This document shows positions 26,439-36,837 of a DNA stretch of 64,000 nucleotides, piece after piece. Each line of letters begins with the position of its first letter. Within the stretch, counting starts at the first letter, position 1. Under the pieces are notes generated by a model. The model worked only from the letters and a program-made list of their open reading frames with translations, did no database searches and was not told the origin of the DNA. Both the position numbers and the translations under genes were made by a program. Source of the DNA: Balanoglossus misakiensis (taxonomy: Eukaryota; Animalia; Hemichordata); assembly GCA_040954595.2 (NCBI GenBank), contig CM082597.2, positions 786,786 through 850,785 of the forward strand, in the 5' to 3' direction.

Positions 26439-27188
26439 ATGCACAAAAGTCTACTGACGATGGAGACTAAAGTTTGCAACACTCACCTCATGGTTGAAAC
26501 CATGGCCGGTCTATTCAACCAGCCACAGTGGAGCGACCTCTGCGTTGTTATCGGCGACGAGGAATTTCGTCTTCACAAATTCGTCCTGGGATCGCACAGC
26601 CAGGCTTTTCGAGAACTTTTGAATCCTGATCACGCCCGTAAAGGCGATGACCTTTTCCATTACACCAAGGAATCCAACTATCCCTCAGAATGCGTGGAAA
26701 TCTTCCCGGATTTCTTACGTTATTTCTACACAGGGGAGATAGTGTTGTCACCAGGTAACGTCTTGCAAGTGTATGCTCTGGCGATGAAGTTCCAAGTTGG
26801 GGTGCTCAGCTATGAATGTAGAGAGTTTGTTGAAAGCTGCCTCAGTGGCAACAAGCTCTCCATTGATGGATACGTAGAATGGTACCTGTTGCTCCCTCGC
26901 CTGCTCGAACTCGATGGTGATCTAAAGTGGGTTAAAGATAGCCTCTTTGATATCTTCAAAGCCGAGTTTTATAGACTCGTGCAAACCGAAAGCTTCCTAA
27001 AGCTGGGTCGACAAGACGTGGATCATCTGATCATGGAGTCTGATGTGAAGGCTGGAAATGAGTACAGTCTGTTCAAAGGTGTAGAAAAATGGTACGAATC
27101 AAACCCAGACGACATGTCAACATTTCCAGACGTCATGGGGTACATCCGCTTCCCGTTAATGACAGTGGACGAACTAGATGAAATCCAG
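26439..27188 (+). CDS. BTB-BACK protein, paralog 2, exon 1 (start may be the ATG at 26460)
   Basis: LFNQPQWSDLCVVIGDEEFRLHKFVLGSHSQAF; FLRYFYTG; EYSLFKGVEKW; IRFPLM; CAG|gtaagt donor, phase 0. Confidence 0.9.
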
Positions 27189-27640
27189 GTAAGTTTTGCC
27201 TAAAAATCATTCACCCGGAGACTTCACGTGTGATTTTGACTCCTATTTTTAATTTTAATAGATATTCTACAATAAATGAAATATGTCTTTAGAGGTTTCT
27301 GTGCTATGCCCTTGCTGTATAGTGACCCCCATATTCAAATTAGGAGAACGAGACAAAAACATTCACAATGTATACATTGTGAGGTCACATGGGCAGTTTT
27401 GCTGGGTACAGATCGATGCTTGTAATTGTGAACAAGGGGCGTTTCTCGAATCAAAGTTTGAACCATGACCCCAAAACTTCAGTTGATTGATAGGACAGTT
27501 GATTGATGTTATTTATTTTATTGACCCCACACTTTAAGTTTACATATGCGTTCTCAAATGATTCAAATTGGTCTGGCTACTGCGACATGGTTTTTGTCAT
27601 CTCACAGAAAACTTAACATTTTCCATTTTATTCCCAACAG

Positions 27641-30600
27641 GTAAATTCAATGCTGTATTCCAAATTCCAAAACCACTTCAGCAAATACCTTCTGGAAGCC
27701 TATAGGTACCTCACTGCTGGCCACAAACATATGTCCGCCAGCAATATAAGGTATGAGCCACGACATTACTTGATGAGTCAGCATGGTGAATCTACTACAC
27801 CAGAGAACACAAATCTGAATGAATCTCACGAGAAAGACAGACAAGGAGAAATACATGATAAAGACATAAATTATGAAGAGCAGCCACAAGCACATTATGA
27901 AGATGAGATGAGTGACAGAGACTTGCCCTCAGAACTCGGTGTACAGAGAAACACCTGTGATGCTGCTTCACAAGCCCCGTATGTCCGGACCTTAACAGAC
28001 CAGGAGACACAAACGACAGACATGGATGAAAAATGTGTCAAAAATCAAATTGGCACACAGACAGATACTGGTACAGATAGTCTCCATGCATCCGACGACG
28101 ACCAAGATAAACCATCTAATCCTGATGAAAAGGAAGATTCCGACGACCATGAAGCTGAGAGTGATAGTGGTGATGATGGTGTAAATGAAAAGGGCGGCCA
28201 TGGTACAGATAGTCTCCATGCTTCCGACGACGACCAAGATAAACCACCTGTTCCTGATGAAAAGAAAGATTCAGGCGACAATGAAGCTGAGGGTGATAGT
28301 CGTGATGATGGTGTAACTAAAAATGGCAGCCATGATACAGATAGTCTCCATGCTTCCGACGACGACCAAGATAAACCACCTGTTCCTGATGAAAAGAAAG
28401 ATTCAGGCGACAATGAAGCTGAGGGTGATAGTCGTGATGATGGTGTAACTAAAAATGGCAGCCATGATACAGATAGTCTCCATGCTTCCGACGACGACCA
28501 AGATAAACCACCTGTTCCTGATGAAAAGAAAGATTCAGACGACCATGAAGCTGGGGGTGGGAGTCGTGATGATGGTGTAAATCAAAATGGCAGCCATGAT
28601 ACAGATAGTCTCCATGCTTCTGACGACGGCCAAGATAAACCACCTGTTCCTGCTGAAAAGAAAGATTCAGACGACCATGAAGCTGGGGGTGGGAGTCGTG
28701 ATGATGGTGTAAATCAAAATGGCAGCCATGATACAGATAGTCTCCATGCTTCTGACGACGGCCAAGATAAACCACCTGTTCCTGCTGAAAAGAAAGATTC
28801 AGACGACCATGAAGCTGGGGATGGGAGTCGTGATGATGGTGTAAATCAAAATGGCAGCCATGATACAGATAGTCTCCATGCTTCTGACGACGGCCAAGAT
28901 AAACCACCTGTTCCTGCTGAAAAGAAAGATTCAGACGACCATGAAGCTGGGGGTGGGAGTCGTGATGATGGTGTAAATCAAAATAGCAGCCATGATACAG
29001 ATAGTCTCCATGCTTCCGACGACGACCAAGATAAACCACCTGTTCCTGATGAAAAGAAAGATTCAGACGACCATGAAGCTGGGGGTGGGAGTCGTGATGA
29101 TGGTGTAAATCAAAATGGCAGCCATGATACAGATAGTCTCCATGCTTCTGACGACGGCCAAGATAAACCACCTGTTCCTGCTGAAAAGAAAGATTCAGAC
29201 GACCATGAAGCTGGGGGTGGGAGTCGTGATGATGGTGTAAATCAAAATAGCAGCCATGATACAGATAGTCTCCATGCTTCTGACGACGGCCAAGATAAAC
29301 CACCTGTTCCTGCTGAAAAGAAAGATTCAGACGACCATGAAGCTGGGGGTGGGAGTCGTGATGATGGTGTAAATCAAAATAGCAGCCATGATACAGATAG
29401 TCTCCATGCTTCCGACGACGACCAAGATAAACCACCTGTTCCTGATGAAAAGAAAGATTCAGACGACCATGAAGCTGGGGGTGGGAGTCGTGATGATGGT
29501 GTAAATCAAAATGGCAGCCATGATACAGATAGTCTCCATGCTTCCGACGACGACCAAGATAAACCACCTGTTCCTGATGAAAAGAAAGATTCAGACGACC
29601 ATGAAGCTGGGGGTGGGAGTCGTGATGATGGTGTAAATCAAAATGGCAGCCATGATACAGATAGTCTCCATGCTTCTGACGACGGCCAAGATAAACCACC
29701 TGTTCCTGCTGAAAAGAAAGATTCAGACGACCATGAAGCTGGGGGTGGGAGTCGTGATGATGGTGTAACTAAAAATGGCAGCCGTGGTACAGATAGTCTC
29801 CATGCTTCTGACGACGACCAAGATAAACCACCTGTTCCTGATGAAAAGAAAGATTCAGACGACCATGAAGCTGAGGGTGGGAGTCGTGATGATGGTGTAA
29901 CTAAAAATGGCAGCCATGATACAGATAGTCTCCATGCTTCTGACGACGACCAAAATAAACCACCTGTTCCTGCTGAAAAGAAAGATTCAGACGACCATGA
30001 AGCTGGGGGTGGGAGTCGTGATGATGGTGTAACTAAAAATGGCAGCCATGGTACAGATAGTCTCCATGCTTCTGACGACGACCAAAATAAACCACCTGTT
30101 CCTGCTGAAAAGAAAGATTCAGACGACCATGAAGCTGAGGGTGGGAGTCGTGATGATGGTGTAACTAAAAATGGCAGCCATGATACAGATAGTCTCCATG
30201 CTTCTGACGACGGCCAAGATAAACCACCTGTTCCTGCTGAAAAGAAAGATTCAGACGACCATGAAGCTGGGGGTGGGAGTCGTGATGATGGTGTAACTAA
30301 AAATAGCAGCCATGATACAGATAGTCTCCATGCTTCTGACGACGACCAAGATAAACCACCTGTTCCTGCTGAAAAGAAAGATTCAGACGACCATGAAGCT
30401 GGGGATGGGAGTCGTGATGATGGTGTAAATAAAAATAGCAGCCATGATACAGATAGTCTCCATGCTTCTGACGACGGCCAAGATAAACCACCTGTTCCTG
30501 ATGAAAAGAAAGATTCAGACGACCATGAAGCTGAGGGTGGGAGTCGTGATGATGGTGTAACTAAAAATGGCAGCCATGATACAGATAGTCTCCATACATC

Positions 30601-31582
30601 CGACGACGACCAAGATAAACCACCTGTTCCTGATGAAAAGAAAGATTCAGACGACCATGAAGCTGAGAGTGATAGTGGTGATGATGGTGTAAATGAAAAG
30701 GGCGGCCATGGTACAGATAGTCTCCATGCTTCTGACGACGACCAAGATAAACCACCTGTTCCTGATGAAAAGAAAGATTCAGACGACCATGAAGCTGAGA
30801 GTGATAGTGGTGATGATGGTGTAAATGAAAAGGGCGGCCATGATACAGATAGTCTCCATGCTTCTGACGACGGCCAAGATAAACCACCTGTTCCTGCTGA
30901 AAAGAAAGATTCAGACGACCATGAAGCTGGGGGTGGGAGTCGTGATGATGGTGTAAATCAAAATGGCAGCCATGATACAGATAGTCTCCATGCTTCTGAC
31001 GACGACCAAAATAAATCATCTGTTGCTGCTGATGAAAAGGAAGATTCAGGCGACCATGAAGCTAAGGGTGATAGTCGTGAAGATGGTGCAACTGAAAAAG
31101 GCGGCCATAGTACAGATAGTCTCCATGCTTCCAACGACGACCAAAATAAATCATCTGTTCCTGATGAAAAGAAAGATTCAGACGACCGTGAAGCTGAGGG
31201 TGATAGTGGTGTTGATGGTGTAACTAAAAATGGCAGCCATGGTACAGATAGTCTCCATGCATCCGACGACGACCAAGATAAACCATCTGTTCATGATGAG
31301 AAAGATTCAGGCGACAATGAAGCTGAGGGTGATAGTCGTGGTGCAGGTGTAACTAAAAATGGCAGCCGTGGTACAGATACGCCCCCTGATCCTCAAGACA
31401 CCTCAGAACAAAAGTCAGAGAAGGAAGAGAAAGATGAACAGACGAGTGATGATGATCCCCAAAAAACGACACCGAAGGAGGCCGAAGACAGCTCGAATCT
31501 GGGAAATGTACAGCAGACAAAAACAGATGTTGGAGAAGAAATTGACAGTGACAAAAAGGACAACAGTGATAATGTTAACTGA
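27641..31582 (+). CDS. Paralog 2 exon 2: end of BACK region plus Asp-rich 44-aa tandem repeat tail; no CBM48
   Basis: ttcccaacag acceptor in frame with the 1310-aa ORF. LLEAYRYL...YEPRHY matches paralog 3 LVEAYRFH...FEQRNY. Spliced length about 1563 aa. Confidence 0.85.
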   Translation, partial: VNSMLYSKFQNHFSKYLLEAYRYLTAGHKHMSASNIRYEPRHYLMSQHGESTTPENTNLNESHEKDRQGEIHDKDINYEEQPQAHYEDEMSDRDLPSELGVQRNTCDAASQAPYVRTLTDQETQTTDMDEKCVKNQIGTQTDTGTDSLHASDDDQDKPSNPDEKEDSDDHEAESDSGDDGVNEKGGHGTDSLHASDDDQDKPPVPDEKKDSGDNEAEGDSRDDGVTKNGSHDTDSLHASDDDQDKPPVPDEKKDSGDNEAEGDSRDDGVTKNGSHDTDSLHASDDDQDKPPVPDEKKDSDDHEAGGGSRDDGVNQNGSHDTDSLHASDDGQDKPPVPAEKKDSDDHEAGGGSRDDGVNQNGSHDTDSLHASDDGQDKPPVPAEKKDSDDHEAGDGSRDDGVNQNGSHDTDSLHASDDGQDKPPVPAEKKDSDDHEAGGGSRDDGVNQNSSHDTDSLHASDDDQDKPPVPDEKKDSDDHEAGGGSRDDGVNQNGSHDTDSLHASDDGQDKPPVPAEKKDSDDHEAGGGSRDDGVNQNSSHDTDSLHASDDGQDKPPVPAEKKDSDDHEAGGGSRDDGVNQNSSHDTDSLHASDDDQDKPPVPDEKKDSDDHEAGGGSRDDGVNQNGSHDTDSLHASDDDQDKPPVPDEKKDSDDHEAGGGSRDDGVNQNGSHDTDSLHASDDGQDKPPVPAEKKDSDDHEAGGGSRDDGVTKNGSRGTDSLHASDDDQDKPPVPDEKKDSDDHEAEGGSRDDGVTKNGSHDTDSLHASDDDQNKPPVPAEKKDSDDHEAGGGSRDDGVTKNGSHGTDSLHASDDDQNKPPVPAEKKDSDDHEAEGGSRDDGVTKNGSHDTDSLHASDDGQDKPPVPAEKKDSDDHEAGGGSRDDGVTKNSSHDTDSLHASDDDQDKPPVPAEKKDSDDHEAGDGSRDDGVNKNSSHDTDSLHASDDGQDKPPVPDEKKDSDDHEAEGGSRDDGVTKNGSHDTDSLHTSDDDQDKPPVPDEKKDSDDHEAESDSGDDGVNEKGGHGTDSLHASDDDQDKPPVPDEKKDSDDHEAESDSGDDGVNEKGGHDTDSLHASDDGQDKPPVPAEKKDSDDHEAGGGSRDDGVNQNGSHDTDSLHASDDDQNKSSVAADEKEDSGDHEAKGDSREDGATEKGGHSTDSLHASNDDQNKSSVPDEKKDSDDREAEGDSGVDGVTKNGSHGTDSLHASDDDQDKPSVHDEKDSGDNEAEGDSRGAGVTKNGSRGTDTPPDPQDTSEQKSEKEEKDEQTSDDDPQKTTPKEAEDSSNLGNVQQTKTDVGEEIDSDKKDNSDNVN
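28073..31372 (+). repeat. Coding minisatellite, 25 x 132 bp (44 aa: TDSLHASDDDQDKPPVPDEKKDSDDHEAGGGSRDDGVNQNGSHD)
   Basis: ACAGATAGTCTCCAT recurs every 132 bp from 28073, with one +3 and one -3 in-frame indel near the 3' end. Confidence 0.97.
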
Positions 31583-32663
31583 TGTTGCTGGCGTTCATGC
31601 ACACGATAAGGCTTTATTTTATTTTATCAGTTTTATGGCTGTACAGTTTCTTGGCATTATTTAGTTGTTCTGTTGTAGTTTGAAAAAAAAGCTTTGTAAT
31701 TTCTGTTAAAATATTACCAATTTATGAGTTTCACAAAGAGTCAGTTTATGTGATATTGTCACCAATTAAGCACAGAATTCTACATCTTGACAACATAATT
31801 TAGTTCACCTTCAAACATGGCCGCCAACCTTTACTAGTAGCATCATGCAGGAAATACTGCGGACTAGACAGTCTGTTCGACTACAACTATAACCACCTTT
31901 GATTTACACGTTTCCGTGCATAGTCCAAAGGCCATGCTTGTGGCTTCAAGTGCCTGTGTGGTGGCGCATTTTATTTTCGCATAGCAACACCAGTTGAAAC
32001 CTGTGACTGACTATATCTCCCATTCCAATAATAAATGTTGCTAAATTTGATTAGGTGGCTGTATATCTTGCGTTCTTTCTTCTTTCAATATGGGTGAAAA
32101 TTCCACTTTACTCCTTTCATTTTTGGTTCATTGGAAACAGTTACTGATGCAGTTCAGAGTATTGTGGCTAATTAATATTCATGAGTTCCATGAACGCATA
32201 AGAAAACCACGCGCCTGATACACAGCGTGTACAGTGCTTGATCTAGGTCGACACAGTTAAAGACTTAGCCTTACACGAACAGCCTTCTTCTTGACAAAGC
32301 AGATACTGCGTGCATATTTAGTTTTTGAGGACGACGATTTCGCGGTTCGGGTTAAAGGCTGACAAGTGAGAGTGGTGATGGTACTGATGTCAAACGCGGG
32401 ATGTTAACAAAATCGTTCCTGACGAGCAGCTTGGGAAACAAGAAGCCACGTACGCTTTGGTGATCCGGCAGCTAAGTTAGATATTAACAATTTGAATTGA
32501 ACAGGCTGTGGCGTAGTGTTGCCTGTGTGTTAATTTTGCTTTAAAGTTTAGCAAGTCCAAACTGTGGATTGTTGTCTATGCCATAGCGAGCTTGAAGACG
32601 CCAGATTTGTAATTGTGCTTGTCGAAACAGAGAACTTGGTCCTCCACATTCAACGCTATCACC

Positions 32664-33401
32664 ATGTCAACCAACGTCTGCCATACCGACGAAATTCTGA
32701 AAATAGTCGAGGCATTATTCAATAAGCCTGAACTAAGTGACATGTGTCTGTGTGTCGACGGCCGGCAATATCACCTCCATCGATCAATAGTATTTCCACA
32801 GAGCAAAGTATTTCAACAGCTGTTCGAGTCAGCTGATAGCGCCACCGGTGTTGACCCTTATCACCGCGTAAATGAGGTCGGTCATATAACTGAATGCGTT
32901 ATACACATGGAGCAGTTATTTCGGTATTTCTACACCGGTAAAATCAACCTGACCACAAAGAACGCCGTTGGGATCATTCTGCTTGCTTACCATTACAAAA
33001 TTACGAAACTTGCCGTTGCGTGCCGAAGTTTCTTGAGGGAATATCTGCAAAGTAAAAGCGCTGATATTGAGGTCGTCTTTCGTTGGTACAAACATCCAAA
33101 CCTCCGTGATATCGAACACCTGCAATGGGTAGCGGAAGAGTGTTTGAAAGTGATAGAGCGTAGACTTGATGAAGTGATAAACTGTCAATCGATTTGGTTA
33201 AAGCTGGAATTCAACAGCGTTTGGGTCTTCCTGCAAAGCTCTGAAGTAAAAGTGAAGGATGAGTACAGCTTCTACAAAGCGCTAGTCAGATGGCTAATGA
33301 ATGCTTACAATGATGGCGACGAACTGGACACGAAGTCAAGAGAGTTTCTGGAATACGTACGCTTTCCAATGATGTCACCAAGAGATTTGGGATACCTACA
33401 G
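32664..33401 (+). CDS. BTB-BACK-IDR-CBM48 protein, paralog 3, exon 1 (about 725 aa spliced)
   Basis: accATG start; LFNKPELSDMCLCVDGRQYHLHR; FRYFYTGKINL; DEYSFYKALVRW; VRFPMM; CAG|gtaatg donor. Confidence 0.9.
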
Positions 33402-33514
33402 GTAATGATTTCCTCATTTTAGACTAATGTCTGTTTATCTGTCACAAAACCATCCATCACTTCAAATATAGCATTTTCTAAATATATATATATTCTTCAA
33501 TGTTCTGCACACAG

Positions 33515-34653
33515 GAAACTTGTCCACTATACAAACGGTACCGTTTGCTGTATGATAGTCTGTTAGTGGAGGCGTACAGGTTTCACAGCACCAGGGACAT
33601 CGCTGCATTCTGGGGAAATCCACGATTCGAACAGAGGAACTATATCAAACGCCCAGCAAAAGTGCCAGTGACCGAAAAACAGCGGTCTCGGCATTCTGTT
33701 TTGCAGCAACGACGCACACCCACCACGCAAGCTGCACCTGCACCCAACCCCAAAGACAGTGACGATACACATCTGGATAAAAAGCGCCACCAGGAGGGCG
33801 ATCTCTGCGCTGGTCATGATAAGAAGGGAAATGGTACAGTTGATCATAGCGGCGATAAAGGTGAAGGCCAAAGCATTGCAGACAATGCTGTTCCCACAAG
33901 ACCTATTCCACAGAAATCAGAACTGGTTGAGTCTAGTGCAGCAAGAATTAACACCCATGAGACCCAGAGTTTGCAGACGAAAAGTGTTCACACAGAACAC
34001 ACGCATGGCAATGATGGAAATGGTGCTGGTTCAGTCACCGAAACAGAACCCTCGGAACGTAACCCACGCCCAGGTCTCCAGAGTCCCCCGCGCCATGGTG
34101 AGGGTCAGAGAACAGCTAGTGCTTCGAGTAAAGGCGAGGAAGGTGACATTGCAGATGATGGACCTGTTATGGAGGATGAAGTATACCCAAGTCAAGATAA
34201 GACAGAAAATGGCACCGTAAGTACCAGTGACAAAGATCAAAGCATTGTAGTTACTGCTGTTCCGCCCAAACCGCCACAGAAATCAGAAATGAATGGGTCA
34301 AGTCCTGCCAGAACAGACAATCATGAGTCCCAGAATTTGCAGATGAAAGCAGAAGACTCACAGAGAAATGATGGACATGATGGTGGTTCAGACACTGAAA
34401 CAGAATCTGTGGAGAGTGACCCGGACCCTGGTCGGGGTTCTCCGGGTCATGACCCCCAGGGTGAGAAAACAGAGCGTGCTATAGATGGAAGTGATGAAGA
34501 CGAAGTTTTGGATGCGGAATCGCAAGACAACGTTGATTTCTTGCAAGGAAATACCACCCCTATTGTATTCAAATGGGACATGGATGGTCGTGATGTGTCT
34601 GTAGCAGGGAATTTCACCAACTGGACAAAAATACCAATGACATATGATAACAA
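33515..34653 (+). CDS. Paralog 3 exon 2: end of BACK region, disordered linker, start of CBM48
   Basis: cacacag acceptor; ends PIVFKWDMDGRDVSVAGNFTNWTKIPMTYDNK with AA|gtaagt donor. Confidence 0.9.
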
Positions 34654-34829
34654 GTAAGTAATACACCATTTTAATGTCGATTCATCACAGACGTAGAAGT
34701 GCAAGTTTTCTGTGTATATTCATAAGTTTTATTCAATGAGCAAATCTAGCATTTCATTTCTACTTTTGACTTTCCTTTACAATAACTTTAAATGTTGAAA
34801 TACTCTAAAATGCAACTTTACATTTTCAG

Positions 34830-34923
34830 ATCGAAATGCTTCACTCATTCTTGTCAACTATTACCTGGTGACTATCAGTATAAGTACTTCATTGATGGTG
34901 ACTGGTGTATTGATCCGCGACAG
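34830..34923 (+). CDS. Paralog 3 exon 3: CBM48 core
   Basis: ttttcag acceptor, 94 nt, phase 2/0; SKCFTHSCQLLPGDYQYKYFIDGDWCIDPRQ; gtgagg donor. Confidence 0.9.
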
Positions 34924-35245
34924 GTGAGGAATTCTTTGAATGTTTACAAATAGAGCTTGCAGTAGCAATATGCATGGAGCATGTTTTATGACCCTTACCA
35001 TCGCTTATAACAAATGTGTTCTGCATACTGAATGATATGTTTGATACAACGTGAAAGTTTTCTTGGATAATGACACTTTCGGCCACTGTATAACTCCTAC
35101 AATTCAAATCCGAGAATGATGTCAGCCTGTCACTTAACATTTGTGGAGTAGATGTAAGCATATAAAGTCGAAAATAATGGTAGACCAACAGAATTCGCTA
35201 GATTGTATTATTTGGCATCATGCTTTCATTTGACGTGTCTTTCAG

Positions 35246-35452
35246 GAATCAATTCACGATCAGGGAGGTCATCAGAACAATGTCATAAGAGTAAAAGCGC
35301 GGGAAGGTCATTGCGAGTCACGTGACGATACGTCAGATCGGTCAGATGTCATCCAAGGTCAAGAGGTCACGTTTGACAACGTGGAAGGAGAACTTCCAAC
35401 AGACGTGCAAGACACAAATGACACCAGATCACCTTCACCAAGTGAAGACTAA
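35246..35452 (+). CDS. Paralog 3 exon 4 (terminal): end of CBM48 plus acidic tail
   Basis: tctttcag acceptor; ESIHDQGGHQNNVIRVKARE...SPSED-stop. The total CDS of 2178 nt is a multiple of 3. Confidence 0.85.
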   Translation, partial: ESIHDQGGHQNNVIRVKAREGHCESRDDTSDRSDVIQGQEVTFDNVEGELPTDVQDTNDTRSPSPSED

Positions 35453-36760
35453 TGAATCTGTCTCTCTAACGCTAAGAACATACAGCCTGTTGGCTTATAT
35501 TTTTAATTAAATAACCTCGGGTCTAATTGCCAGTAATTTCTAGTAGAGCTGTCATTTCGACTAATCTTTACACATGACAAGACAATTTATGGACTGGATT
35601 CAGCGACAGCATGGTTCTATACCTGGCGCTTGTAATGCCCGGATTTTGTGAGAAAATGTGACATAATGACAGTACTGATAATTTTGAGGTTTTTTGCCTT
35701 TGGGAAACTTTTAACTTTTGACTAAATGAAGCATTCAAAAAATTCCTTTTTAACGGGATAAATCATTCCTTCAATTGCAAATTTGGTTGGTTGATTTTCT
35801 TTCCTGTCTTCTGGAATCAGCTGGAATACGAGATGACCAGCAAGAGAATAACAGTGTCGTCATGACCTGTCGTCTTTGTTTAATAATTATGCGTCAATTA
35901 AGAAAAGGTGTGATGCTATTGTTATGCAAAACAACTACATCACCTGATCTCGACTCGCCTCGTGTTATGTGTAGTGATGCAGTCTGGCACGATGACGGTA
36001 TATGTCTTTCGACCCGTACAAAAATTTCGTTTCACATGAGTTGATGTAGTTTGAACACTGCTGTTGTAAACCTGTGTGTATGAGGCTGACAGGGATCCAA
36101 CCAAGGTATGTATTTTTATGCTACAATTTTATTTGAACCGCATAGATTGAAGCCCACTTGAAATTGTCATTGTCTGAGTTACGAAATTTCCAATTTCCCG
36201 ATTTCAACGATATTTTGACTCGGACAGTGTTATATATGAGCGACTGTTTCAGAAGACTGGTACATTCGGCACAATTAAGCCAGGTGATGCCTCTAAATTA
36301 AAACCGTTTATGTATTCATTGTGTTGGACTGCTAAAGTGTCATATTTGACTGGTTGCTTTCGTTTGCTTTTCCACAACGAACAAAATATTTACTCGTGCC
36401 TGTGAGGGCGGACACATTACCTCAAGACACTTCCGGTATTACGCCAAAATAGTGTGTGCGTCTGTGCTTTAGTGCCGAGTGGAGACAAGAGGCAAATATT
36501 GAACAATCACGATTCGAAGAATTGTGAAAATCGACAACATCGTACCTTCATTCGATGTGTTTTGAAAGACGCTGCATTGCATATTATCCCCCTTTCCGTT
36601 TTCGGAAGCGGGTTTCTTTTGTAGAAGGTAACGGTGTAAATAACATGAAAAAGCACTTATGTCGACTGCGAGAACGATGAGTTCTACTTGGTCAGGTCAT
36701 GTGATTTTTCGGTCACTGGATTTTCGTCTGTGCAGCTTGTAAATGAAGCTGAGAAACGAC

Positions 36761-36765
<5 letters not shown>

Positions 36766-36836
<71 letters not shown>

Positions 36837-36837
36837 G
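36766..36837. repeat. (TCTG)18 microsatellite
   Basis: Perfect tetranucleotide run. Confidence 0.95.

Noticed and set aside
28449-31019. His-rich antisense ORFs (416 aa and others)
   Set aside because: These are the reverse complement of the 132-bp coding repeat (GAT codons read as CAT). They are broken by stops wherever the ACTAAA variant occurs, while the sense frame stays open.
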